A DNA stretch of 64,000 nt, taken from contig NC_057743.1 in NCBI RefSeq assembly GCF_004010195.1, forward strand, positions 26,277,377-26,341,376, read 5' to 3'. This DNA comes from Chiloscyllium plagiosum. Taxonomy: Eukaryota. Numbering within the stretch: the first letter of the stretch is position 1; each line of letters begins with the position of its first letter. The translations under genes and the position numbers were made by a program. The notes under the pieces were generated by a model, which had not been told where the DNA came from, did not search any database, and was given only the letters and a program-made list of their open reading frames with translations. This document shows positions 10,601-25,600 of this stretch, piece after piece.

Positions 10601-13600
10601 AGCTTTTATTCACTATTTTGCTCAGGTAGACATTACAAAGTAAATTAATCTCTCAGCGTTGCATTAATTTGGAGGAAGAATTTCAATTTTCAATAAACTT
10701 TCCGATGTTTTTCTCTACAGTTTTGTAGCTCAGGCCACTTTACAGTCAGTGGCTGGCTTATGCAGCATTAATGGGTGAGAAGAAAATGCAGCAAAAAAAT
10801 ACCTGACAGATGATTGAAATTGAAATCCAGATAAGCAATATTAAGTTCTGACCTAGTTTGGACTCTTCTATTTCTATTATCCTCCTCACAGACTCCTGCA
10901 TCAACCGGACCTTAAAATTAAAAGCAAAAACTATTAAAGAAAGTCTTAGTACTTTTAATAGATTACTCCCTACTCTAAATGATGTATATGCATTGAATTG
11001 ATTTTCCTACTCGATGCAGAAAATAAACATTTGTGAATTTCTCATGGCCAATTTTTATAACTCAAACCCTCCACTCCTGACAACATCTTGACAAATCTTT
11101 TCTGAACTCTCTCCAGAATAACAAGATCCTTCTTAAATAGGGCAATCAGAACCACACACATTATTTCAGAAGAGGCCTCATCAAGTTACTGTACAACCTC
11201 AACATGATGTCCCAACTCCTATACTCAAAGGTCTGAGAAAATGAGGGCAAGTGTGCCAAGTACCTTCTTAACCACCCTGTTTACCTGTGATGCAAGTTTC
11301 AAAGAATTATGTGCCTGAACCCTTACCTCTCTGTTCTACAGCACTAGCCAGGGCTTTACCATTAATTGTGTAAACCCTGCCCTTGTTTGTTTCACCAAAA
11401 TGCAATACCTCACATTTATCCAAATTAAACTCGGTCTGCCATTTCTTAACCCTTTGACCAAATTGATCAAGATGTCTTTGTAATCTTAGAGAACCTTCTT
11501 TGCTGTCCACTATACCACTAATTTTGGAATCACCTGCAAAATTACTGACTACGTTTCCTATATTCTCATCCAAAGAGAATTTTGCATCCAATTGGTAAGT
11601 TCACCCTGAATCGAATGTGATCTAATTTTATTAATTAGTCTATCCTTGCTTTCGGATTAAAGCTCCTAAGTCTAGCTGGAGTCTGAAACCATGTGATCCA
11701 ACCCAAAAACTAGAACCAGGAGGAGGCAAGTTAAGAGACATTTCTTCAGGTAAAAGATGGTAGAAGTGTCAAACTCTCTCCCACCTAAGTAGTTGAAGCT
11801 AACTCAATTAATAGTTTTAGGGTTTTTTTTGCTAGCTAAGGTTATCTAGAGACATGAAGCCAAGATAACACAGCAGAATTACGATACAGGTCAATCATGA
11901 ACTTAGTGAACAGTGCAACAGGCTATATGAGTTGAATGATTATTTATTCCTACGTAACTGCTGTGAAGAATGTTGCTGTCACATATAAGCAGATGAATGA
12001 GCAGAAGTAGGCTACTTAGCTCCTTGAGCTTGCTCTGCAATTCAATAAGGTCACGGCTAATCTAATTGTAACATTAAATTAGCATTCCCACCTAGCCCTA
12101 AGAATCTTTCAGCTCCTTTCTTAACAGAATCGACCTATCTCTGCCTTTAAGATTCTGTTTCACCTTTTTAGGAAGGGAGCTCCAAAGACTCACGCCATCA
12201 TCTTGGGTGGGGAACTCTGATTTTAAAACAAGTAATCCCTCTCTCAGATTATATGAGATTTATACCATTTCCTCTCCTTGTTTCAACGACTGCACTTACC
12301 GCTGCCTCAGCCTCTTGTTTCTTCAATGCTATAGTACTCGATGAACTTTCTCTTTGTTTCTCTAATTCTCTGTCACATATATGCACACAAAACAAAACAG
12401 CACGTTATTTAAGTGACCGCCAGAAGTCTCAAATTTTTACACCCAGTAAAACAAAAAAAAATGGTATTAAAAGGATTTCCTAACAAAGTAGGAGAAATAC
12501 AGGGAAAAACAGCTGAAAATAAACAACCTGAGCTACAAATCTTCTCAAAACTCGCTATGAGCAATCTAACAGGGTTTCATTGATTTAGTTATTTTTAAAT
12601 CAACCTGTTTGGACTCATTATGACTCACCTCTTGGGTTAGTGGGAGTTGAACTTGGTCCAATTAGCTCAAAAGTAGAGACATTACCACTGTGCAACAAAA
12701 GCCCAAGCCTATAGTGTAGCCATAAAGAGCCATAAATTTATACAGCATGGAAACAGACTCATTGGTCCACCTAGTCTACGCTGACCATGTTCCCAAACCA
12801 AACTAATCCCACTTGTCTGCGTTTGGCCCATATCCCTTCAAATATTTCCTGTTCATGAACGTATCCAAATGTCTTCTAAACAGTGTAACTGTGCCAACAT
12901 CCACGACTTCCCCGGCAGTTCATTCCACACACGAATCACTCTCTGCGTAAAATAGTTTCCCCTCGTGTCCTTTTTAAATCTTCCTCCTCTCACCTTAAAA
13001 ATATGCCCCTAGTTTTTTGAACTCCCCCACTCTAGGGAAAAGATCTTTTCTGTGCCCCTCACAATTTTATAAACCTCTATGAAGTCACCCCTCAGCCTCA
13101 ATGGCTCTAGGTATAAGGACCCCCAGCTGTCGGCATTAATTTGAGTTTGAATGGCTCCAATACAGAAGATGATATTTTACCAACATAGTGTACTCTATTA
13201 ATTTATTGCAATCTCCATAAGCTTTGATGGAAACCTAAACGGACTGACACAGTTAATAAACAAAGTTAAATTACGTAGTTATATCATTTCGAATCTTTAC
13301 AATTTTGGTAATTAGATATATAATTTATTCAATATTGAAGTTAGGAGGTAATAATACTGATTTAATTATAACCTCGTAAATCAATGAGAATAAAGTTTGG
13401 CGTACATGTTATTGGTATCAAGGTCTTCCTTTCTGTGAAAAAATATTCTCGGGTGATCCTTCATCTAAATACTAAGCAAAAAGTCTTAGCTTCTGAGACG
13501 AGCCATTTTCAGTCTAATAAAGGTCATAGGCAAAAATTACCTCACCGAAATAGAACATTTCAGCTAGTGCTGCTGACAGCCAATTGATAACTACATTTCT

Positions 13601-16600
13601 CTACCAGATTGTTGTGGAGTTGAGACGCATCAGAAACTTTCTCTTGTGCCACCCAGTGGCCTGTACCATGATAGCTGTCACAGCAAACTTTAATGGGAAA
13701 TATTGACATAGAAATTTACAATGGCAAAGATTGCAATGAAAATTCATATTTAGGAAAGAAATCTGAATTGGAGAAAAATAATTAAGATTTGCATGCAAAA
13801 TATTTAAAATACTTCATGCAATGGATTGAAGATAAAGTTGCAGGTAAAAATCTAACAAATATGTGTCGTTTATATAAACTAAATGGTAAAGATCCAAGAT
13901 CAGACTATCCACCAGGTTCTAAAAGATTGCATTGGAAAATTTAGAAATTGAATAGTGGACACTTTGAATCAGCTACAGGCAAGTGTCAAACCAAGGGTAT
14001 CAGACAGTTTATAAGTAGAACAACGCCACTGGCTTAAAATAGTGCCTAACCGATCCAAGAATCTAATAGACAGTTTGCAAAAACTGAGATAGTACTCACA
14101 TTCTCTTACTAGATTATACCAGAGTATTTAGTAATCATCATAAATTTCTAAGTGCACAATGGATTTCAATATCAAATAGCATTAGTTTGCTTTTCCTCTT
14201 TGGATGCCTGGGGCTTTCTGCTCTCTATGGTTCAGTAGAGAAGAAGGTAGTAGTACATTGTGGTGAATGAACAACTGATCAGCTGCAAGTGGAGAATGAA
14301 ATATACAGAAGGAATAGAGAAGAAAAACCTAGACAGTTTGACAGCCAGGCAAAAGCACACTCACTTTTCTTTCTGCATTCGGAGGTAGGGCTTGATGATA
14401 AGCCGGTGCATGGCAAAATAGAACACTAGAGGTCCAATTGTAGCATAGAAGATGGCACTGGGCAAGAGTTGGTCTGTTAGATGAATAGGGAAGAAGTAAG
14501 TCTGGCTGGCTCGATTTAACCTGGAGCAAAAGAAAGGTTTAAAAACAAAATTCAGGAAGGAAAAGTAAAAATCATGAACACAGGTTATTCTACTGATTAA
14601 AGGATTCCAGTCCACTACACAATCCTTAGGCATTATAATAAGGCACTGCGGCAGTTTTATTTGCTCATGAAATACTCATTCAGCAGCTGGACATCCACTT
14701 CTAATTGTTGGGATGAGGCTTGTACAATAATTCAATATCATAAAATGTCCAAAAAAGCATTATAAAACAAAGTATGACAAAGTTATACAAGGAGATTTAG
14801 GTCAGATGACCAAAACCTTGAGAAGGGCTAAGGAATGCCTTAAAAAAGTGGAAAGCAAGGCACAACTATGCAGGGATGGTACTAGTTAGAACCTTGGCAA
14901 GAGAAGGTGGTAAAGCAAAAGAAAAATCAGAGAAAACAAGAGGCCAGAATTAGAGCAACAGAGATTTCACAGAAGGCTGGAGTCTGGAGGAGATTATGGA
15001 GATGGGTTACGGAAGGATTTGAAAAATAAGATAAACATTTCAAAACCAAGACATTGTTTGACTGGGAGTCAATGTAGATTAGCAAGCACAAAGCTGATAG
15101 GGATCAGGACTTGGTGCAAGATCAAACTCTGGCAGGGAAGATTTAGATGACCCCATGTTTATGGAAGGTCAAAGACTAGAGACCATCTAGGAATGCATTG
15201 GAATTGTCAAATATAAAGACTTGGCTGCGGATTTTAGTAAGACATCAGCTGATGCAGGGGCAGAGGCAGGCAATGTTTCAGGGTTGGAAATAGGCAATCT
15301 TAGCATTGGCATATGAATTTGGGATCACAGGCAACACCAAGGTTACAAACAGTCTGGCTTCATCAATGGCCTTTGCCAGGGAGAGGGATTGTGTCAGGTA
15401 ATTAGGGAATGAAAATAGGAGCAGGGACCAAAACAACATGCCTTCAGTACAGGCCCACTCTGCATGTGCAAAGAGTTTCAGAAGGCTTTTCTATTGCTAA
15501 TGCATCAGTTGAGATTCACCTAAAGCAACACAGCCCTGAAAATGAACCTTTAATTTTATTATTTTGAGCAGTGCCTCTACTCACTAACCTAAGGAGGAAC
15601 ACAAAAAGAATCAACAGCTTGCTTTTGATAAAGAAAAGTCACTCCCGTTTGTGAATACTTGTTGCCATAGTCACTGGATGCAGCTTCTACCTATCACGTG
15701 CTATTAAGATCATCATATTCTGGAAGGGACTGAGGAAATGCCAAGGAAGGAACAATCTCTTAAGATTAATAAAATGAATAATTACGTAAGAAGTGTTTCA
15801 CAGTCTGTAGGATGGTCCCAATGACTCTTAAGAATCGGATAAGCTCCTTTACGTCGTTGAGCCTGTATCAACTTTATTTAGATAGTGACTGATCTGTATT
15901 CCATCCACCTGCTGTGTTCTGTATCTCTCACTACAATGATAAAAGTCATACAGCATGGAAACAGAGCCTTCAGTCTAACTCATCCATACCAGACATCCCA
16001 ATCTGACTGAGTCCCATTTGCCAGCATTTGGTCCATTTCCTTCTGGATGGTGTAGTGGATAGTGAAGAAGATAATCTCAGAGTACAGGGACCTTGATCAG
16101 ATAGGCAAATGGGCCGGGTGTGGCAAATAGAGTTTAATTTAGATTCATGCGGGGTGTTCATTTTGATAAGGCAAACTGGGGTAGGATTTGTACAATTAAT
16201 GGTAGTGCTTTGGGGAGTGTTGCCGAACAAAGAAGTCTCGGAGTGCAAATACATAGTTCCTTAAACTTGGAGTCACAGGTAAACAGGATGGTGAAGGCGG
16301 TGTTTGGACCATGTCTTCATTGGACATAACACTGAGTATAAAAGTTTGGATGTCATGTTGTGACTGTACAAGACTTTGGTGAAGCTACCTTTGCGTACAA
16401 TTCTGGTTCGAGTTGAAAAGCATGGCGTTGGAAAAGCACAGTAGGTCAGGTAGCATCCAAGGAGCGGGAGATTCAATGCTTTGGACATAAGCCCTTCATC
16501 AGGAATTCCGGTTGCTCTTCTACAGGAAGGTTATCATTAAAAACTTGAGACAGCGCAGAAAAGAGTTACAAGGATGTTACTGGCACTGGAGGGTTTGATT

Positions 16601-19600
16601 TATAGGGAGAGGCTGAATAGGCTGGGGCTTTTGTTCCTAGAGCATCAGAGGCTGAGAGGTGACCTTATAGAGGTTTATAAAATCATGAGGAGCATGGATA
16701 GGATGGGGGAGTCCAAAAGTAGAAGACATAGGTTTAAGTTGAGAGGGGAAAGATTTAAAAAGGACCCCAAAGATAACATTTTTACACAGAGAGTTGTGTG
16801 TGTATGGAACAAACTGCCAGAGGAAGTGGTGGAGGTGGGTACAATTACATCATTTAAAAGGCACCTGGTTGCGATATGATTAGGAAGGATATCTTCACAT
16901 CATAAAATTCTACTGGAGAGGAAAAATAACAACACAACATCTTTTAGGTGCCTTGTTAAAAACAAGAAGGTATAAATATTTTTCATAAAATTTAAACTGC
17001 AAAGCTATTTCTGTCCCTGCTCTCTCGGTACAATCAGACAGAGACAGCCAGATAATCCACTTTCAATCTTTGCCAAGCTCTCTCATTAATGAGCTGGTTC
17101 AAGCAAATGAGGAGGAAGAAGTTGAACCCCAACCTGTGTAATTTCTTATTTGGCTCTCTAATGGAAAAGTCTTCAGAAATCTTTGTAATTCCCCATGTGG
17201 GAGATTGTAAAGACTACATCCTTTTATCTTACTTTGTTTAGGATTGTGGATTGAATTGTATAAAAGGAGTGGCTGTGCTTTTAAAATGTAAGGTACTGAA
17301 ACCCATTGTGGGGTTACAGTATTGCTTTGCAACCAGTGGAGCAAGGAGGTAAACAGAAGGCATAGCAGCAGGGTGTGTCTACAAAAGTAAGCTCTGGCCA
17401 GCAACAAGTAGCTAACCGGTTTATGGGTACCAAAGGTTAGCAGCTTAATGATAACTTTCTGACTTGTTACTGGATAGCTGTACAGCTTGTCAGTATGAAC
17501 AATATTGAAAAACCTCCAGATCTTTGGAACTGGAAACGCTGCTGTCTCTTTCTCAGTCCGTAAAATATTTGAAGCTAAAGAATGCATGTTGTTTTTTCCC
17601 ATTAGTAGCTGCAAGCTGTTGCTTTTAACTAATAAGTCACTTTCATTTGTTAATCAGTCACTATGTGCTTACTGTGAGTAAGTGAAAGAACCTGAAGGAA
17701 AAGATTAAAAGAACTTGGCGACTAAAAGAAACACCCATGCAAATCCTGTGGTCTGGTGCTATAGAACTGCTTTCCTCATAGTTTATTTATTCCACCCAAA
17801 CACCAGTTTTCTTTGTCCATCTGTGTCTGTTTGAATGTGTACGTAACCTGGGGCAGGAGTTTAGAAGTAGGTTAGAATCTATTTATTTGCAATAAATAAT
17901 TGTTCAGTGCAGAAACTTGGTCAGTATTTTCTGTTAACCTGAATCTATCAGACAGGTAAATTGGGGGATTTGCATACTTTGAAATTAAAAAAAAAACTTG
18001 TGACAACTCCAGGAACAACTCAATTTGATTTCCGGTGTGTTACAACAGTGAGGCATGGCAAGACCTGCAGGGTTAAAGAGAAGGACTGAAGCTACTCTAT
18101 GTCACGAAGTAACACAGCAATTACACACAGCACCTGAAAAATGGTAAACTTGCAACAAATCCCTCAAGTCAACAATTCTGGCTTCCTAACTTGGACAAAG
18201 AAAATTATCTTGAGAATAAGCTAAATGATCTTCAGTACATACTTAATTTTGAGGGACACTCCCTGAGGCACTCCGATACTGACGGTTGCTCCTAGGATGC
18301 TGTGTCTGGAGATCTTCCTCTCGGCACCATATTCAACCAAAGTGCCGAAGAATCCAGTCCTGCAGGCAGAACCACACCAGACCCGTTCAAACATTGTTAC
18401 CTCTGTGCAGTTTTCATTCCTAGTTATCTGTTATAATTTTCCAGCCTGTAGTTCACCGTTAATTATAATTAAATTTTACATATGAACACCCAATACTTTG
18501 GTGAGATCCCTGCCTGTGGCTTATTTTCAATTGTGTGCTATTCTCTATATAAATCACCTGAACCTTGATTCACTTCCAGTCTGGAAACACAAGCCTTCAT
18601 TCTACATAGGAACAGCCTGAAACTCTTAGCGTTTCATCCTGTAATTCACTTCTACACATTTATTCTTAGAAACACTTGAAACCATTAACCTTCTAATTAT
18701 TATTAAAGTTACCTTGCTTTAATAAATATTTAATATTGTACGTTGTGCATTAGAATTGCCTGTTTCTTATACAGTCTAAATAATTTATATTTAAAATTAC
18801 AACAAAAAAAAGCTTACTTGATTGTCCCCTTTATTCTGGTTTGATCATCATCCTGGAACTTGTATTGGTAGCTGATTAGCATAAATGAATGAGGAATTCC
18901 GAGCTGTAAACAAATCAGCAAAATTAGTATGTGGAAAAATGTGAAACAGACTGAAGCAGCGTATTGTTTTAATGTAGAAAAATCACAGAACTTGGAGGTA
19001 CACAGGGATCTGGGTGTCTTGTTATATTAATCATAAGAAGTCAGTACACAGGTACAGCAAGTAATTAAGGGTGTAATGCTGTTGTTTATTGCGAAAAGAA
19101 TGGAATACGAGTAGGGATGTTTTACAAATATTGTATAAAACGTAGATGAGGTCTAACTTTGGAGTACCGTTTATAGTTTTGTCCTCCTTACTTACGAAAG
19201 GTTCTAATGTAATGGATTATGAGCGATTTGGATGGGGATTACTCAGTGATATTAAGGATTGGTAGTGGGGTACAGGGTGACTCATCAGATTTACTTTAAG
19301 GGATCTGGTTTAAACCCTTACCAGGCTGATCGGATAAAAGTGTCTACTATGTACAAGTTACAGAAGGCCAATGTAAGATGGATTTGGAAAGCATCAAGCC
19401 GCATTAAATAACATACTTTTAACTGGACACAAGCTGCTAATCTGTTAATCAAAGATGTAGAAGTGACAGATGTAAATGTTACTTGAGCATGGTTGAACTT
19501 ACAACAGTGTAAAATGAACTATTTCCAACCCATACTGAACTTGTACTGTGACCATCATGAATGGAGCCAAGATTTTGAGCTCTGCTCAACTCGGTCACAG

Positions 19601-22600
19601 AATCAGTTACCTAATTATCAGAACTCCTAGGTCAAGTGCTACATGGGTTCGATACAATATAAACTCTCTCCACACTACTCCTGACAGTGTTTGATAGGAC
19701 AATGTGGAGGAAGCTTAAATATGGTTGCAACCTCGGTTAAATGTCTGGAGAGATTTGATGGAACAGCATGGAGTGATCTTTACTCTGTACTTAACCAGTG
19801 TAGTAGCTATCCTGACAGAGTTTCAAATGGAAATGTGTAGAAAGCCTTTGCAGCATCCAGTGCCTTTAATCAGTTCTTGATATCACACAAAGTGAATCAA
19901 ACTAACTGACGACTTCCATCTGTGATACTGGGGACCTCAGGAAGAGGTTGAGATGGATCTGCAGCTTGATATTTCTGGCTGAAACACTTGCAAAAGTGAA
20001 CATTACTGCCTTATCGTTTGCACAGATATGCTGAGCTCCCTATCATTTGTAGCCTCTTCCTCTTGTGAGTTGTTTTAATTGTCCATTACTATTCACAACT
20101 GGATGCAGCTAGAACTGCATCCACTGGTTGAGGAATTGCTTAGCTCTGTCTATCACATGCTGCTTTTGCTGTTGGCATATAAGTATTTGTGTGCAGTGGT
20201 TTCACCAGGTAGACACCCATTTTTAGGTATGTTTGATTCTTTTCATGACATACTGTCCTGCATTCTTCACTGAACCAAGGTTCAACACTGCCTTAATGGT
20301 AGTGGTAGAATGGGGGATATGCCAGTCCACGACATTGTAGACTGTGTTACAATTATGTACAATTCTGCTGCCAATGCCCCACACTGCATTATGGATGCTC
20401 ATTCTTGTGCTGCAAGATTTACTCCAAATCTATCCTATTTAGTTACAGTGATAGCATGACATAACACCATGAGGAGTATCCTCAAAGTGAAAATGGGACT
20501 TTATCTCCACAAGAACTATTCCTACTGACTTTATCGTGGACAAATGCACCTGCAATAGGCAGATTGGTGTGGATGAGATCAAGTATGTTTTGCCCTCTTG
20601 TTGATTCCCTTACTACTTGCTGCAGACCCCATCTTGCAGCTGTTTAAAAAAAACCCTTTAATTCATTCATGGGATGTGGGCGTTGATGACTAAGCCAGCA
20701 TTTATTGCTCATCCCAGAAGGGCACTTAAGACTAACCCACATTGCTCTGGCTTTGGAGTCACATTAGTCCACAATATGAGTGAACCAGGTGTGTTTATTC
20801 GACAATTAGCAATGGTTTCATGGTCATCATTAATTCCAGAGTTTTGTAAATTGAATTCAAATTCCAGGATTCGAAGCAGAATTCTACCTGGGTTTCTGGA
20901 TTAACAGTCCAGTGATAATACCACTTGGCCATTGCCTCCCCTTAGGACTTCATCAGCTCAGTCAGTAGTGGTGCTGTTGAGCAACTCTTGGAGATGGACA
21001 CTGACCTTGAATATTTCCTCCAAGTGGTGTTCCACATGGAGAAGATCTGATTAATGAGCTGAGGTGTGTCTGGTAATCAGAAGAAGGTTTCCTTGTCTGA
21101 CTGGATGCCATGAGACCTTGAGCGGTCTGGACCAAGGGAAACTCTCTCCCTAATGTGTATATCTCTGTGCTGTCACCTTTGCTGGGTCTCTTGTTCTGGT
21201 GAGACAGGACATACTCAGGGATGGTGTTAATGGTATATGGGACATGATTTGCAAATTATGATTCCAAGAATATGACAATGTCAGGCTATGGTTTCACTAG
21301 TGGACAGCACAGCGGTTAGCACTGCTGCCTCACAGCGCCAGAGACCCAGGTTCAATTCCCGCCTCAGACGACTGACTGTGTGGAGTTTGCACATTCTCCC
21401 AGAGTCTGCGTGGGTTTCCTCCGGGTGCTCTGGTTTCCTCCCACAGTCCAAAAATGTGCAGGTTAGGATAATTGGCCATGTTAAATTGCCCGTAGTGTTA
21501 GGGGCAGGGGTAAATGTAGGGGAATGGGTTTGGGTGGGTTGCACTTCAGCGGGTCGGTGTGGACTTGTAGGGCCGAAGTAGGGCTGTAGTAATCTATTCT
21601 AATCTAATCTAATCTAGTCTCGCCTAGTGATATGTCAATTAAACCAAGAAAGACTGGCAGATTTCCTTGACCAAAGGACATTAGTGAACCAGTCGTTTCT
21701 TTTTACAACAACTGACAATGATTTCAATCATCATTACATTTTCTATTCTAGATTTTATGAATTTGAATTTCATCTTCTAACATGATGGGATTCAAGCTCA
21801 GATCTCCAGATCATTACCTGGGTTTCTAGATTACTAGTTGTGTAACAGTATCACTGTGTTTCATTGCCCCCTCAAATTACCAGGAGGAAGGAAGAGATAC
21901 TTTGAACTGAATGTTATGTGTATGATGGATACAAGAGACAATAGTACAGGTTTTAAATTGCTTAAATTTACATTACCTGTAAGGCTAATGTAAGGTGACT
22001 GGTCTTCGTGTCTCTTACTAGACTGGTATTCATGGCAGACTGACTACCCCAGCGCCACTGCAGGTAGCCCATTGTGTTCTTGTCCAGGTTTCGTGCTAGG
22101 ACTGTGGTCAAGCCAGGACGGATTCCACGAGATGAAAACTGTAGCCCACAATGAGTGGTGATAAAACTGTATCGGGTCGAGAAAAAGAGAAAGAACATTT
22201 GTCAGTGAAGGCTGCTGTTCTGTTTAAACAAAAAGTTGATTGTTCCTAATTTTCCACCTTCTTAGGTTGCCAGAGTAGCTGTTGATCATGTGTAAACTTA
22301 AATATAGGTTCCAAATCAGTCAAGCCAGACCTTGCCCATACCCAAATAATTTTCACAAGTGCCAGAAAATGACAGAAGGTAGGGTTAACCAATGGCAGTG
22401 GTTAGGTATGGAAATCCTACCTGATTTGTCCCTTCCTAACCCATGTAGTTACTAGCAGTACTCAATGGAGATCAGATAAATCAGCAACTGGCTAGAGATC
22501 GTGTCCAGTCCTTCTGGATAGTATGGTTCCATAGTCTGTTAGCTGCATATTTACTTACCCATTATCTGGCAAAGGTGAATCAAACTTTTGAGAACAGGTT

Positions 22601-25600
22601 AATTTAATATTCTCAGCTAATAAGGGAATTTTCCCCCTAACAAGGCTTTGTTGCAGCAGGTTTGCTTTTCTGCTTGACCTTGATTGCTGTATGATTCAAC
22701 TCTAAATTGTATGGCCACACGATCAGTTGCTCTACTCCAGAAAACAGCATGAACGCTGGATGGAGGGGAACAGTCATCATTAACTAAGTTTCTATTGAAT
22801 TTGAAACAAAAGGTTCAATTTCCACAATCTGGAATGGCCAATTGGCTAACTTGCCTCCAGGAAATCCATGGTAATGGAGAACTCTGAAAATCATGTGTCT
22901 AAACTAATTTTTGCCAGAGCATACACCACTCATGATGTCGTGTGTCAAATTACTGACATACTTCATCCCCAATTATCATTTGCTGAAATAAGTGTTTCTA
23001 ATTTGTATTGAGATGAATCAATACAAATTGTACCATCGCCCGGTGGTGCGGGATCTACAGACTGGTCACTTTGTTACTGAAATAATGTTCCTCTAGATTA
23101 GTTTTGAATTTACTACACTAAAATGTGCAGGTTGTGTTCTTGTAGTTCTTTTGTTCTGGACAGTGTAAAACAGCTGGCCATGTCCTATTTTATGCAGTTC
23201 CTTTACAATGCTAAAGATTAGATCACCTTTTTTATTCTAGAGAAGACATAATCAGTCCTCATAATCCAAACTCTCTATCCTTTCAATCATTGCTGTCTTC
23301 TGTACCTTTACGATCACCTACTTCCTTTGGTACAGTGGTGACCAGAACTATACATGGCAACGATTTACAATGTTGCTGGATTACGTCACCATTTCCGCTC
23401 AATATCAATTCTATAAAAATGTCCCCCACATCTGATTTGTTTTACTTACTATCACTGAATATTTTTCTTTCAATTTGTCAATCATGATCCCAGGAGTTTA
23501 ATTTTCTAATTTTTTCATACAAAAGATCAGTCATTTCCTAATAGGGAGAATTGTGGAGAATGGCCACTACTCGACTGCTTTTGCTGCTGTCTGACTATCT
23601 GCCAGAATTGGCAAGAATCTAGCCAGATTTCCACGTATTTCCCAACTATCAATCAAGGATTATGGAGCAAGTATTATGAAGAGGAGCCAGCTGAAATTAC
23701 ACTGTATCAGCATCAACGCATGGACCACATTTTTAAACTTTTAATTTTAAGCAGTGCAGTGCCTGCAGCTCAAGAAAGATTTGCAGCTGTACAGGACATC
23801 GGTTAGGCCACTTTTGCAAAATTGTGTGCAATTCTGGTCTCCTTCCTATCAGGACGATCATGTGAAACTTGAGAGGGTTCAGAAAGATTTATAAGGATGT
23901 TGCCAGGGTTGGAGGGTTTGAGCTATAGGGAGAGGCTGAACAGGCTGGGGTTGTTTTCTCTGGAGTGTCAGAGGCTGAGGGGTGACCTTATAAAATCATG
24001 AGGGGCATGGATAGGATAAATAGACAAAGTCTTTTCCCTGGGTTGGAGGAGTCCAGAACTAAAGGACATAGGTTTAGGATGAGGGGGGAAAAATTCAAAA
24101 GGGACCTAAGGGGCAACTTTTTCATGCATGGTGCGTGTATGGAATGAGCTGCCAGAGGAAGTGGTGGAGGCTGGTGCAATTACAGCATTTAAAAGGCATC
24201 TGGATGGTTATATGAATAGGAAGGGTTTGGAAGGATGTGGGTCAAGTGCTGGCAAATGGGACTAGATTAGGTTAGGATATTTGGTCAGCATGGACGAATT
24301 GGACTGAAGAGTCTGTTTCCATGCTGTCCATCTCTATGACTCTACTGGCTTTAGAGCGAGGTACATTGCCTATTCATGAACTGTGTATAAATACAGTAAT
24401 GAAGACAGGTTGTGCAATCTTAGGCGTATTCCCCTGGAGCTTAAAATATTGGAAGGGCAATTGGAATATTTGACATGATTGAGGGATCACAGAATCCTTA
24501 CAGTGTGGAAGCAGGCCATTCAGCCCATCGCGTACATGCCGATCCTCTGAACAGCATCCTCCCTAGACCCATCCCCGAAGAGCACCCCACCAAGACCCAC
24601 TTTCTATCATATCCCCGTAGCCCTGCACTTCTCATGGCTAATCTACCTAATCTACACATCTTTGGATTGTGGGAGGAAATCGAAGCACATGGAGAAAACC
24701 CATGCAGACATAGAGATTGTGTAAACTCCACACAAACAGTTGTTTAAGGTTGGAATCGAACTCGGGCCCCTGGTGCTGTGAGGCAGCAGTGCTAACCACT
24801 GAGCCACCATGCCGCCCTAAGGATTTCAAAGGGTAGATGTGGAGGTAGAGATCCAAAACAAGGAGGGAGCATTTGACAGTCCAAGAGAAAAATCAAGAAG
24901 TTCATATTCACACAAAGGATAATGGAGATCTAGAACACAGCAATTTCTGGTGAATACAGAGCAAAATACTAATAGCAATGTTCAAGTCTACTTGAAATTA
25001 AAATTGGAACTTGCTTATGTCACCTACCTTTGCGAAGTGATGTTTCTAAATATTTTCATCCCAAATAAAGGCCCTTGAATATCTCCTGCTCCAAACTCCA
25101 ACTGTCAAACATAAAATGAGGGAGTAATCAAGATTTAATGGAAAAATCCAGACTCTTGTTAACTTTATGACAGCTTTAATATCAGGGTTTTATATTGTTC
25201 ATTTTGATTTGATTTATTGTTGTCACATCTGCCGAGGTACAGTGAAGTGCTGTTTTGCATGTTCTACATGCAGATTGCAAGTGCATTAGGTCGTGGAACA
25301 TCGTGCAGAAGAATGTGGAAGAGAGTATAATTGGGAGGGGAGGGGTCCTTGATTACTTTCCCATGGAAGTAGGAAGTATAGATAAAGCTAATGGATGGAA
25401 TGCTGGCTTGCATGATGGACTGGGCTGTGTTCATTACTCTCCGTAGTTTGTGGTTTTGAGAACAGCAGTTGCCAAACCATGCTGTGAAGCATCCAGCTAG
25501 GATGCTTTCATGGTGCACTTATAAAAATTGGTAAGAGTCGTTGTGGACATGGCTAATTTCCTTCGCCTCCTGAGAAAGTAGAGGTGTTGTTGGACTTTCT

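Noticed and set aside
12520-12556. Short match to the family D PLE 3' end (gagctacaaatcttc)
   Set aside because: Only about 35 bp with no hammerhead core or clear TSD; too small to call.
17099-17614. 171-aa minus-strand ORF
   Set aside because: No recognisable domain, and it lies inside an LTR-like intronic segment; likely chance.
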